Source: Saprospiraceae bacterium (GTDB lineage Bacteria > Bacteroidota > Bacteroidia > Chitinophagales > Saprospiraceae). Taken from it: a stretch of 17,907 bases of DNA. Made by a program: the position numbers and the translations under genes. Positions within the stretch are counted from its first letter, which is position 1; each line of letters begins with the position of its first letter. The notes below the pieces were generated by a model. The model saw only the letters and a program-made list of their open reading frames with translations, was not told the DNA's origin and did not search any database. The DNA lies in the NCBI GenBank assembly GCA_041941305.1, contig JBGTQJ010000047.1:51917-69823 (forward strand), given 5' to 3'. Positions 1 to 7,351 of this stretch are shown piece after piece.

Positions 1-139
1 CCTTGAACTTAAAAAAAATCACAGAGTATATTTTTAGAACCAATCACCCCTGCCCCTTTGGAGGGATGATTCATGTCTAATTATATCTTCAATGACAAGC
101 GACTCATCACCCATCATCTATCTGTTCTTTCAACAAGAA

Positions 140-1078
140 TTAAATATTCATGGCATTAAACGTATCAATCACCCCACGTACATGCGCAGCAGAATTGTTC
201 AACAATGCCATTTCATCACTATTTAAATCTAATTCAATCACTTGTTCGATTCCGTTTCTACCCAATTTCACAGGTACGCCAAGGAAGATGTCATCCAAAC
301 CATACTGACCACTCAAACGAGCGCAACAAGGGAAAATTCTGTTTTCGTCCTTGATGATGGCTTCTACCATTTGAGCTGCTGCAGCACCTGGAGCATACCA
401 AGCAGAAGTACCCATCAACTTTACAAGTTCTCCACCACCTTTCTTGGTTCTTTCTACGATGCCGTTTAAAGTTTCTTCGTCGATCATTTCTGTTACTGGA
501 ATACCTGCTACTGTAGTATAACGAGGTAGAGGAACCATTGTATCTCCATGTCCTCCCATCAATACTGCCTGAAGGTCTTTTGGAGATACATTCAATGCCG
601 TTGCTAAAAATGCACGGTAGCGAGCAGTGTCCAAAATACCAGCCATACCAAATACGCGGTTGTCCGGAAGACCTGCAGCACGGTAAGCAGCCAAGGTCAT
701 GACATCCAGGGGATTGGATACGATAATGATGATTGGATTATCAGAATGCTCCATGATACTCTTGGTTACAGAGTTCACGATTTTGGCATTTGTAGAAATC
801 AGGTCGTCGCGGCTCATTCCTGGCTTACGAGGGATACCAGCAGTCACCACAACGATGTCAGAACCAGCTGTTTGAGAATAATCTTCAGTACCAGTTAATG
901 TAGTGCTATAATAATCGATTGGTGCTTGTTGCCAGCTATCAAGTGCTTTCCCTCTTGCGAAGTCGCCTTTGATATCCACTAACACAACCTCTTTAACGAT
1001 ATCTTTATGAGCTAAAACATTGGCACAGGTGGCTCCTACATTACCTGCACCTACGACGGTTACTTTATTCATGTTCAA
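140..1078 (-). CDS. mdh: Malate dehydrogenase (LDH-like MDH, NAD-dependent)
   Basis: 312-aa ORF. N-terminal Rossmann motif VTVVGAGNVGATCA and the overall LDH/MDH family pattern (IVVVTAGIPRKPGMSRDDL, IIIIVSNPLD, GHGDTMVP) typical of Bacteroidota MDH. The true start may be M1 or M3 (MNKVTVVG). Confidence 0.9.
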   Translation of the reverse strand: MNMNKVTVVGAGNVGATCANVLAHKDIVKEVVLVDIKGDFARGKALDSWQQAPIDYYSTTLTGTEDYSQTAGSDIVVVTAGIPRKPGMSRDDLISTNAKIVNSVTKSIMEHSDNPIIIIVSNPLDVMTLAAYRAAGLPDNRVFGMAGILDTARYRAFLATALNVSPKDLQAVLMGGHGDTMVPLPRYTTVAGIPVTEMIDEETLNGIVERTKKGGGELVKLMGTSAWYAPGAAAAQMVEAIIKDENRIFPCCARLSGQYGLDDIFLGVPVKLGRNGIEQVIELDLNSDEMALLNNSAAHVRGVIDTFNAMNI

Positions 1079-1097
1079 TTTTGAATTTATTATAAAT

Positions 1098-1160
1098 GAA
1101 TTTTGAATGCTATGAATTGAAAATCAATTGGTTAGAAATGAATTTGTGCATTCAAAATCC
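1098..1160. promoter_or_regulatory. Operator-like inverted-repeat array in the mdh promoter region
   Basis: Perfect 11-bp inverted repeat ATTTTGAATGC (1100-1110) / GCATTCAAAAT (1148-1158) with a 37-bp spacer. The spacer holds the palindromes TTGAAAATCAA and CAATTG and four TGAATT motifs. It lies directly upstream of the mdh start at 1078 on the minus strand. Confidence 0.3.
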
Positions 1161-1263
1161 TTGAATTAATGACCTTTTTTGATAAGGCCTGCAAATGTAG
1201 ATAATTTTTGGAATGCAAAAAGGAAATGTGGATTTTGGTTTAGATGATTTTTGTCAATAATTT

Positions 1264-2133
1264 CTACTTCAATGCCTGGAACATGCTGCTGGCACTGGCA
1301 AAATTCAACAGCTTTATACCTATCCTTGCTAATAAAAACATTTGTCCAAGCAAAAAAAGAAGAAAAATGCCCATCCCTGTTGAGTTGGAAAACATATTTT
1401 GCAGCAGAGCATAAAGTGCAATTACCAGTAGAGAAGAGAAAACAACCAGGAAATAAAGCCCCACAGTTTTTTTGAAATTGGTGAATACCAACTTTAGGGA
1501 ATTGACCACCGAATGGGTGAATATTTTTGGGTTGTCCTGAATGATTTGGATTTTAGCATAATCCTGAATCATAGAAAGAAGGGTAGCCAAGAGGAGATAA
1601 ATGGGAGTCAATGTCTTTCCGGCTGTTAATAAAGTTACTTCGCTGATCAATCGATTTGGATCTGCCCATTTGATCCAAGTCATAAAGATCAGAAAAAAGG
1701 TAAAAAATAGAATCCCATGAAAAATCAAAAAGTAAACAGTCAATCGAAAAAATCGCCAGAAGAATTGACCACATCCTGCCCAGAATCTTTTGAAGGAAAA
1801 AGATGCTTCTGAGTTTAAGAAGGTACTCAAAATTCCACCAGAGAGAAATATATACAAAAGCAAGAAGGCAATTATCAAATAGATGGATTGATCTATAACA
1901 ACCCATATGCTTTCAAGATACTCGTAATAAAAATCCATTAGAACGGTATAACTAAAGCCATCCATCAATTTATTGACGATTAAGGAATTACCTAGTCTTG
2001 ATTCTATCAGGTTGGAGAAGGGTAGGGCAGCAAGCAAAGCAAAGCCAAAATTTAATAAATACAGGCACAGCCACATCTTTTTATGTTGGAAGGTAGCTGC
2101 TAACCCTTGCTGATATGCTGAAAAAATTTTCAT
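1264..2133 (-). CDS. Hypothetical polytopic inner-membrane protein (about 6 predicted TM segments)
   Basis: 289-aa ORF, strongly hydrophobic with repeated 20-aa hydrophobic stretches. It sits 72 bp downstream of the M1 peptidase gene on the same strand and is probably co-transcribed. No recognisable catalytic motif. Confidence 0.55.
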   Translation of the reverse strand: MKIFSAYQQGLAATFQHKKMWLCLYLLNFGFALLAALPFSNLIESRLGNSLIVNKLMDGFSYTVLMDFYYEYLESIWVVIDQSIYLIIAFLLLYIFLSGGILSTFLNSEASFSFKRFWAGCGQFFWRFFRLTVYFLIFHGILFFTFFLIFMTWIKWADPNRLISEVTLLTAGKTLTPIYLLLATLLSMIQDYAKIQIIQDNPKIFTHSVVNSLKLVFTNFKKTVGLYFLVVFSSLLVIALYALLQNMFSNSTGMGIFLLFLLGQMFLLARIGIKLLNFASASSMFQALK

Positions 2134-2205
2134 TTACAATCCTTTTGGTATTTTAATATAGGAGGTTTGGCTGTTAAGGTCCCAAACGCTCAAACACTCA
2201 AACTC

Positions 2206-4188
2206 TCACACAAAAAGCGTAATGGTTTGCATCAGGTTCTGAAGCCACATCATGAATTTGGAAGCCATTTTTCTAGTGGGTGTCTTTTGAGTTTTGGTGC
2301 AAAGACTATTGTTAATAAAGTTTTTGTCCAAATAAATTTTTCGTTCTGGATCTATCTCTGCCCATTCAACTGTGGAAGTTCCTATGTATTCCAGGGTCAA
2401 TCGTCGATCTTTGCCATCCCATTTTTCCAATATCTCCTCTCCGTTTTCAAAATGGACCAAGATTTCCACTGGTAATTGAACTTCCTCCATCCGATCTACC
2501 AAAACTCTTGATAAGTATTGGGTTTCATTATTTGCTTCCTGATCGCCATTCAAGCATTCACCGTCAAAAAATCCGGCAGTTGGTGGTATTATTTGGTTAG
2601 AAATGGATGCTAGTTGATAATCACACAAACCAGAATTAAAATGCACTTGCTCGAAAAACCAATCCATGTTTTCACCAAATTCATTCCCATGATTCTTTAC
2701 TACGACTTCATTAACTACATTAATAAAATCCTGCCCACTGGGGTGCTTAAATTTCCACTTTTCAAAAAAGGTGCGCCAGATTTCATCATTCGTTTGGTGC
2801 CCGACCAGTCCTTCCAGGGTTCTAAGCCAGACCGCAGTTTTGTTATAAGTGATTGAACGGTAACCATTTACTTTTGTATCCCAACCAGTTTCGGCAGTAG
2901 GGGTGAGCTGGGGATTCCACATGGTGGTGTAACCAATTCTATTGTGTTCAATATTTCCTGCCCTGACTCCTAGGCAATTGAAAGTTGAAGTTTGATCTCC
3001 ATAATAATGGTTCATTATTCTACCCTCCCAATAGGTGGTAAACCCTTCGTCCATCCAGGGCTCTTCCTGTTCATTGGTTGCCACCATTTGCTGAAAGTAT
3101 TGATGCGTAAATTCGTGAACAGTAAAAGTTTCAGATAGCAAGACATCGTCAGGGAAGATTCGGAGGTTAATGGCAGAAATAAAAGTTGGATACTCCATCG
3201 CCCCTGTAAACATACCGTGAAAGGGGACATCGACAATCGTCAAAGTCTGATATGGATATATTTCAAGGTATTTTTCAAAATACTCCAAGGAGTATTTAGC
3301 AACTGTCAGATACCGTTCTGCATATACTTCATGACCGGGGAAAGTCATTAATTTAAGATCCACATGTTTCCATTCATCCTCATATACCAGGTAGTTTGGA
3401 GAAGCTGTCCATGCATAATCAATTACATCTTCGAGATAGAAAGTATGGGTTTTTGTGTCATCATTTTCAGTTACATTTTGTAAAGTACCAGATGCCCCTA
3501 TAATATAATTTGAGGGTACCGTAATAGCTACTTTGTAATTTCCAAACTCTCCGTAATATTCGGTTTTTGGATGATATTGACGGCAATTCCACCCGCCGAC
3601 TTTTGCATATCGCATACCGGCAGGTTCATACACACCGACTTTTGGGTACCATTGTGCCAAAAAGAAATAATCTCTGCTATACCCTGTACGGATCATCACT
3701 TTAGGAATTTTGACCGTGATGTCATAGGTCACCACTACTGAATCGTAGGGCATAATGGCGTTCGCCAAATCTACTTTCAGTACTGTCAAATCATACTCAT
3801 TATCGTCATCAGGCTGGATATATTGAGATTTTAATGTATTTCCTTCCTTGTCTTTTATGTTGCTCATCTCGCTCCAGCCCCATACACAATCATCCAAATC
3901 TTTACCATTGGGTCTTCTACCAAAATCAGCACTTTTCCAAAAGGTAGATTTTGAGTTTTTGAAAGCATTGTAGTACAAATGGAAATGAAGATCGGTAATG
4001 GTATCACCTGAAGGATTTTTCCACAACAAAGTCGTTTTCCCATGGATCATCTTTTCTTCCGGATCCAAGGTGATGTCCATTTCATAATTTGCGGTTCTTG
4101 CTGAAAGTGGAGAATCAAAGTATTTGTATTGCGAAAGAGCTTGCCAAGTGAGAAAGGTTATAAAAACAATAAAAGTGTATTTTTTCAT
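2206..4188 (-). CDS. M1-family zinc metallopeptidase (aminopeptidase N-like gluzincin), secreted
   Basis: GAMEY exopeptidase motif, HEFTH (HExxH), and the third zinc ligand E exactly 19 residues after the second His (WMDEGF), which is the M1 HExxH-X18-E signature. Start moved to the internal MKKYTFIVFITFLTWQALSQ signal peptide at 4188. The ORF-track start at 4233 adds 15 aa with no signal-peptide logic. Confidence 0.85.
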   Translation of the reverse strand: MKKYTFIVFITFLTWQALSQYKYFDSPLSARTANYEMDITLDPEEKMIHGKTTLLWKNPSGDTITDLHFHLYYNAFKNSKSTFWKSADFGRRPNGKDLDDCVWGWSEMSNIKDKEGNTLKSQYIQPDDDNEYDLTVLKVDLANAIMPYDSVVVTYDITVKIPKVMIRTGYSRDYFFLAQWYPKVGVYEPAGMRYAKVGGWNCRQYHPKTEYYGEFGNYKVAITVPSNYIIGASGTLQNVTENDDTKTHTFYLEDVIDYAWTASPNYLVYEDEWKHVDLKLMTFPGHEVYAERYLTVAKYSLEYFEKYLEIYPYQTLTIVDVPFHGMFTGAMEYPTFISAINLRIFPDDVLLSETFTVHEFTHQYFQQMVATNEQEEPWMDEGFTTYWEGRIMNHYYGDQTSTFNCLGVRAGNIEHNRIGYTTMWNPQLTPTAETGWDTKVNGYRSITYNKTAVWLRTLEGLVGHQTNDEIWRTFFEKWKFKHPSGQDFINVVNEVVVKNHGNEFGENMDWFFEQVHFNSGLCDYQLASISNQIIPPTAGFFDGECLNGDQEANNETQYLSRVLVDRMEEVQLPVEILVHFENGEEILEKWDGKDRRLTLEYIGTSTVEWAEIDPERKIYLDKNFINNSLCTKTQKTPTRKMASKFMMWLQNLMQTITLFV

Positions 4189-4411
4189 ATCCAAAACTTG
4201 CCGTTTTTTTTGCGAAAGTAAGTGTTTCGTCAAAAACCATTTAAAAAAGAAATTGTTTGTGTTAATGTATTGGAAAAAATGACATTAAAAAAACGAGGGC
4301 AATGGTTTTCCCGGGAAGCTTCTAAAAAAACATGCTTGATTGTAAACAAGAATTTATTAAAAGATAACAATCAGGTAATTTAAGTTGAAATCCGGCTAAC
4401 TTTGTCCCCAG

Positions 4412-4464
4412 ATTCGCGTATTTTTGCGCGAATTTTGAAAAAGTTGTAGTTTTCACAATTGTGA
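4412..4464. promoter_or_regulatory. Hairpin and 12-bp perfect palindrome in a divergent promoter region
   Basis: ATTCGCG-N8-CGCGAAT hairpin (4412-4433) followed by TTTT. TCACAATTGTGA perfect palindrome (4453-4464). Both lie between the divergent M1 peptidase start (4188, minus) and the lipoprotein/ytxJ unit (4602, plus). Confidence 0.3.
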
Positions 4465-4601
4465 TTGAAATATTTCGAGATTTCCTAACGTTTAGGAGAC
4501 TGTTTTAAAAGCGCTTTTGCAATCGGTCATTTTTACGAAAAATCAAATAGGAATAATCAATTGCCGAAGGCCAACAATCACTTCACTAAAAACCCGTGAC
4601 T

Positions 4602-4769
4602 ATGAAAGTCAGAGTTCTGAGAAAAGCATTATTTTTAGTTGGATTCCTCGCTGCAGTTGCTTCCTTCACCTCCTGCAATAAGGGATATGGCTGCCCCAAT
4701 AACTTTAAAGTAGAGCAAGTAGTTGTAAAAGCTGCTCAAACTGCTGTTCAGGTAATGGTAAAAGAATAA
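4602..4769 (+). CDS. Small lipoprotein (55 aa)
   Basis: ORF MKVRVLRKALFLVGFLAAVASFTSCNKGYGCPNNFKVEQVVVKAAQTAVQVMVKE, below the size cutoff of the ORF track. It has a classic signal peptide plus a lipobox-like SFTSC. It ends 3 nt before the ytxJ ATG, which implies translational coupling. Confidence 0.4.
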   Translation: MKVRVLRKALFLVGFLAAVASFTSCNKGYGCPNNFKVEQVVVKAAQTAVQVMVKE

Positions 4770-4772
4770 AAG

Positions 4773-5114
4773 ATGAATTGGCATCCATTAACAAAAGTTT
4801 CCCAGCTTGACGAAATAATTGAACGCTCCAAAGAAGTGCCTTGTGCAATTTTCAAACACAGTACGCGATGCAGTATCAGTTCTATGGCAAAATATCGATT
4901 GGAGGGTGATTGGGATTTTGAGACTACTGCCCTGGAACCTTATTTTTTGGATCTCATCACTTATCGCGAAGTTTCCAATGCTGTTGCTGAAAAGTTTTCT
5001 GTCTACCACGAATCGCCTCAAATATTACTTATCAAAGATGGTGAATGTACCTACGACGCTTCCCATTTAGACATTACCGTTGATGAGTTGAAAGAATGTT
5101 ACGCTGATATGTAA
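4773..5114 (+). CDS. ytxJ: YtxJ-family thioredoxin-like protein (bacillithiol-system-type monothiol redoxin homolog)
   Basis: 113 aa. Conserved KHSTRCSIS active-site region (the T-C-x-I-S motif of the YtxJ/DUF2847 family) at the expected N-terminal position. Confidence 0.8.
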   Translation: MNWHPLTKVSQLDEIIERSKEVPCAIFKHSTRCSISSMAKYRLEGDWDFETTALEPYFLDLITYREVSNAVAEKFSVYHESPQILLIKDGECTYDASHLDITVDELKECYADM

Positions 5115-5167
5115 GGATTGGATATTAGGTATTGGGCATTTGATAAATTGATTGCAGTCTAGTTATA

Positions 5168-5884
5168 TTGGCCCACGAAAAATTAATTAATATTCAATAC
5201 CAAATACCCACTTCTGTGCGAATTTTTGAGACTCAGGACGGTTCTCATTCCATTTTCTCCGAAAAATATGGGGTTTCCTACCACTCAAAATATGGAGCGG
5301 TACAAGAAACACAACATGTCTTTATTGAGGCAGCGTTGAGACCTAAAGCTATTTTGCAAAAGGATATAGCGATCCTGGAAATTGGTTTTGGTACAGGATT
5401 AAATGCTTTTATGACTTATCTGGAAGCAAAGAAGTTCCTTTTAAATGTAAATTACACGGCAATTGAGGCCTATCCCATTTCTATAGAGGAAGCTAAAACC
5501 CTCAATTATCCAAGTATCTTAAGAAAAGAAAATGAGGCACCTTTCTTCCTGAAAATGCATCAATCCGAATGGAATGTAAGCGTACAAATGAATGAATTTT
5601 TCTCACTTGAGAAAAGAAAACAACTATTCCAGGAAATTGACTATCAGGATCTTTTTGACCTTATCTATTTTGATGCTTTTGCACCGAATGCTCAACCTGA
5701 ATTATGGGAAACTGAATTGATGACCCAAATGTATGATGCCTTGAAACCTGGAGGTGTTTTGGTGACTTATTGTGCAAAAGGTGCAGTAAAAAGAGTTATG
5801 AAAGGGGTTGGTTTTGAAGTAATAGCTATGAAAGGACCGCCAGGAAAAAGAGAAATGACTAAAGCGACTAAGCCTTATGCTTAA
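5168..5884 (+). CDS. mnmD: tRNA (mnm5s2U34) methyltransferase, MnmC methyltransferase-domain homolog (MnmD, DUF752)
   Basis: EIGFGTGLNAF SAM-binding motif and YFDAFAPNAQPELW motif match the MnmC N-terminal methyltransferase domain. The ORF-track start at 5168 is a TTG. An in-frame GTG at 5216 is an alternative start. Confidence 0.75.
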   Translation: MAHEKLINIQYQIPTSVRIFETQDGSHSIFSEKYGVSYHSKYGAVQETQHVFIEAALRPKAILQKDIAILEIGFGTGLNAFMTYLEAKKFLLNVNYTAIEAYPISIEEAKTLNYPSILRKENEAPFFLKMHQSEWNVSVQMNEFFSLEKRKQLFQEIDYQDLFDLIYFDAFAPNAQPELWETELMTQMYDALKPGGVLVTYCAKGAVKRVMKGVGFEVIAMKGPPGKREMTKATKPYA

Positions 5885-6275
5885 TTAAAATGAAAATGAC
5901 AATAAAAATGAAAACCCACCAGAATTAACTGCATTTAGGCAATTGCATAAAAAGCAGCTAAGCAGCATTATTAATTGAATCTTTTTATAAGATATGACTG
6001 AAAAGTGTTGTTTTTACGATGAAAACAGTCTGAATATCGAGAAAAAAAGGGGACTTATTTAAATGTTTTTTAATGTTTTTTAAGTAGTGTTTTTTATATG
6101 TGTTTTTAATTTTGTTTGTTTTTCAATAAGAAACACTTTATTAAAAATCATTTATTAAAAAAAAATATGTTACAAACTGAGTTTTTTGTCTTTGTTCTTA
6201 TGTTTAAAAGATAGCATAATTGTATCATCAAAATTTATTAAGCCAGACTTTAATTAGAATGGCTTTTAAATCTGG

Positions 6276-6341
6276 ATATGTTCATGGGATTATATCTTGA
6301 AATAGTAGGCGGCTCCAATTTTTAGTGACCGCTTGCTATTT
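6276..6341. repeat. Structured repeat element, copy A (conserved 5' block plus variable hairpin clamped by AATAG/CTATT)
   Basis: ATATGTTCATGGGATTATA ... AATAGTAG [GCGGCTCC-loop-GACCGC] TTGCTATTT. Same architecture as copy B, 127 bp downstream. Confidence 0.45.
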
Positions 6342-6402
6342 CATGTTTTGAATAGCTGAGAATCCAGATACTCGCTGAATAATGTTTCAGCCCCTCAATC
6401 GA

Positions 6403-6475
6403 ATATGTTCATGGGATTATAATTTGTTAATAGTAGAGCCGTGTCGTACTGTGTAAACGACGCGGCTTGCTATTT
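6403..6475. repeat. Structured repeat element, copy B
   Basis: ATATGTTCATGGGATTATA ... AATAGTAG [AGCCGTGTCG-loop-CGACGCGGCT] TTGCTATTT. The inner hairpin has a different sequence from copy A but keeps the pairing, including a G-U wobble. Confidence 0.45.
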
Positions 6476-6816
6476 TTAGGAAGGTAAAGCAGCGTGTAAA
6501 CAATCGTTTCATCGGTGTGTGGGTTTAGGTTAAAGGGAACAAAATAGAAACTTGCCACATACTAATACAAAGACAGTTTTTTTGAATTGTTAAAAGGGTT
6601 TTTGAAAAACATTTACGTTTTGATTTGATTATCAGCTTTTTATAATGGAATAATAAGAAGATTAGTCAAATTGAATTATCCGGTTTTTCACTGTAAACCA
6701 GATAAATATTCAAAAAAAGTGTATAAAATTTAAAAATCTTTAGACATTCTGCGCATAACTTGATAAATTGCGCTTGTTTTTGAAAACTATTGACAAAATA
6801 ACCAAATGAACACATT

Positions 6817-6933
6817 ATGGAAGAATTTATCCTCGTGGCCATACTTTTCTGTGGCATCGTGCTCCTGAATAGTGAGCAACTCTCCAATTCCCAATCGCCC
6901 AATCCAAAGAAAAATAATTCCTTAAGTTCTTAA
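6817..6933 (+). CDS. Candidate small hydrophobic peptide (38 aa, single TM helix plus polar tail)
   Basis: MEEFILVAILFCGIVLLNSEQLSNSQSPNPKKNNSLSS. An ATG-initiated ORF invisible to the 60-aa ORF track, with an intrinsic terminator about 105 nt downstream on the same strand. Coding status unproven. Confidence 0.25.
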   Translation: MEEFILVAILFCGIVLLNSEQLSNSQSPNPKKNNSLSS

Positions 6934-7037
6934 TTTTCCCAGAACCTAAAGAAGTACTTAATGCTGGTATTTCTGCTATAACGATAGTGTGACTTATCAG
7001 TATTTTGGCGATTAAGTTGATCGATTAGAAATCCTTT

Positions 7038-7070
7038 GAGCCTTCTACTTTGTAGAGGGCTTTTTAATTT
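7038..7070 (+). terminator. Rho-independent terminator (plus strand)
   Basis: GAGCCTTCTAC-TTT-GTAGAGGGCTT forms an 11-bp stem (two G-U pairs) followed by TTTAATTT. There is no T-run on the opposite strand. Confidence 0.6.
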
Positions 7071-7088
7071 AACGTGAGGTTTGATTTT

Positions 7089-7201
7089 AATGAATTCATT
7101 TTCATGTATTTATCTTCAAAACCTGTTAGGTTGCATTAAGAAATAAGCTGGGCGGGTAAAAATCCTGGTAGTTCTTTTGCCTAATTTCAACCTAACAGGT
7201 T
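7089..7201. repeat. Palindrome AATGAATTCATT plus perfect 14-bp inverted repeat flanking a 53-bp spacer
   Basis: AATGAATTCATT (7089-7100). AACCTGTTAGGTTG (7121-7134) and its exact reverse complement CAACCTAACAGGTT (7188-7201). Confidence 0.5.
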
Positions 7202-7280
7202 ATTCATAAATTAAATACCTGTTTTTAACTCAGATCTCACCTTAGTTTAAGGTAACTTCAACCAATATCTAGACTGTATT

Positions 7281-7324
7281 TTATAAAAAAGAAAACCTCT
7301 TCAAGTTATTACACCTGAAGAGGT
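7281..7324 (-). terminator. Rho-independent terminator of the SPFH gene
   Basis: Minus-strand RNA ACCUCUUCAGG-UGUAAUAA-CUUGAAGAGGU (11-bp stem with one G-U) followed by UUUCUUUUUUAUAA. It lies 28 nt past the stop at 7352. Confidence 0.6.
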
Positions 7325-7351
7325 CCCTAATCTACCTTTGGCATGCTTTAA

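Noticed and set aside
1-139. Intrinsic terminator downstream of mdh.
   Set aside because: A hairpin ATCACCCCT...AGGGATGAT (43-70) exists. On the mdh strand the U-run lies over 20 nt away from it, so it is not convincing as a canonical terminator.
242-469. ORF-track frames lying inside or antisense to larger genes. These include 242-469, 1251-1475, 1553-1906, 2167-2475, 2614-2856, 3015-3236, 4788-5070, 7338-8020, 9734-10111, 11195-11526, 11852-12064, 12779-13086, 13565-13759, 14010-14381, 14708-15034, 16064-16306, 16387-16620, 16697-16879 and 17024-17215.
   Set aside because: Each is fully overlapped by a longer ORF with strong family motifs on the other strand or frame. Translations are low-complexity with no recognisable domain, so these are shadow ORFs.
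5994-6214. Additional tiny ORFs in the AT-rich spacer (22-aa MTEKCCFYDENSLNIEKKRGLI at 5994-6062 and 15-aa MLQTEFFVFVLMFKR at 6167-6214).
   Set aside because: Such short ATG ORFs are expected by chance in AT-rich DNA. There is no terminator or structural context like that of the 6817-6933 candidate.
6666-6902. 78-aa minus-strand ORF overlapping the small hydrophobic plus-strand ORF.
   Set aside because: Low-complexity translation, no start context, and it overlaps a hairpin plus the better-supported plus-strand unit that has its own terminator.
5885-7351. CRISPR array or IS/transposon in the long spacers.
   Set aside because: No regularly spaced direct repeats of 24-48 bp and no transposase or integrase ORF. 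The repeats present are two structured copies and isolated inverted repeats, not an array.
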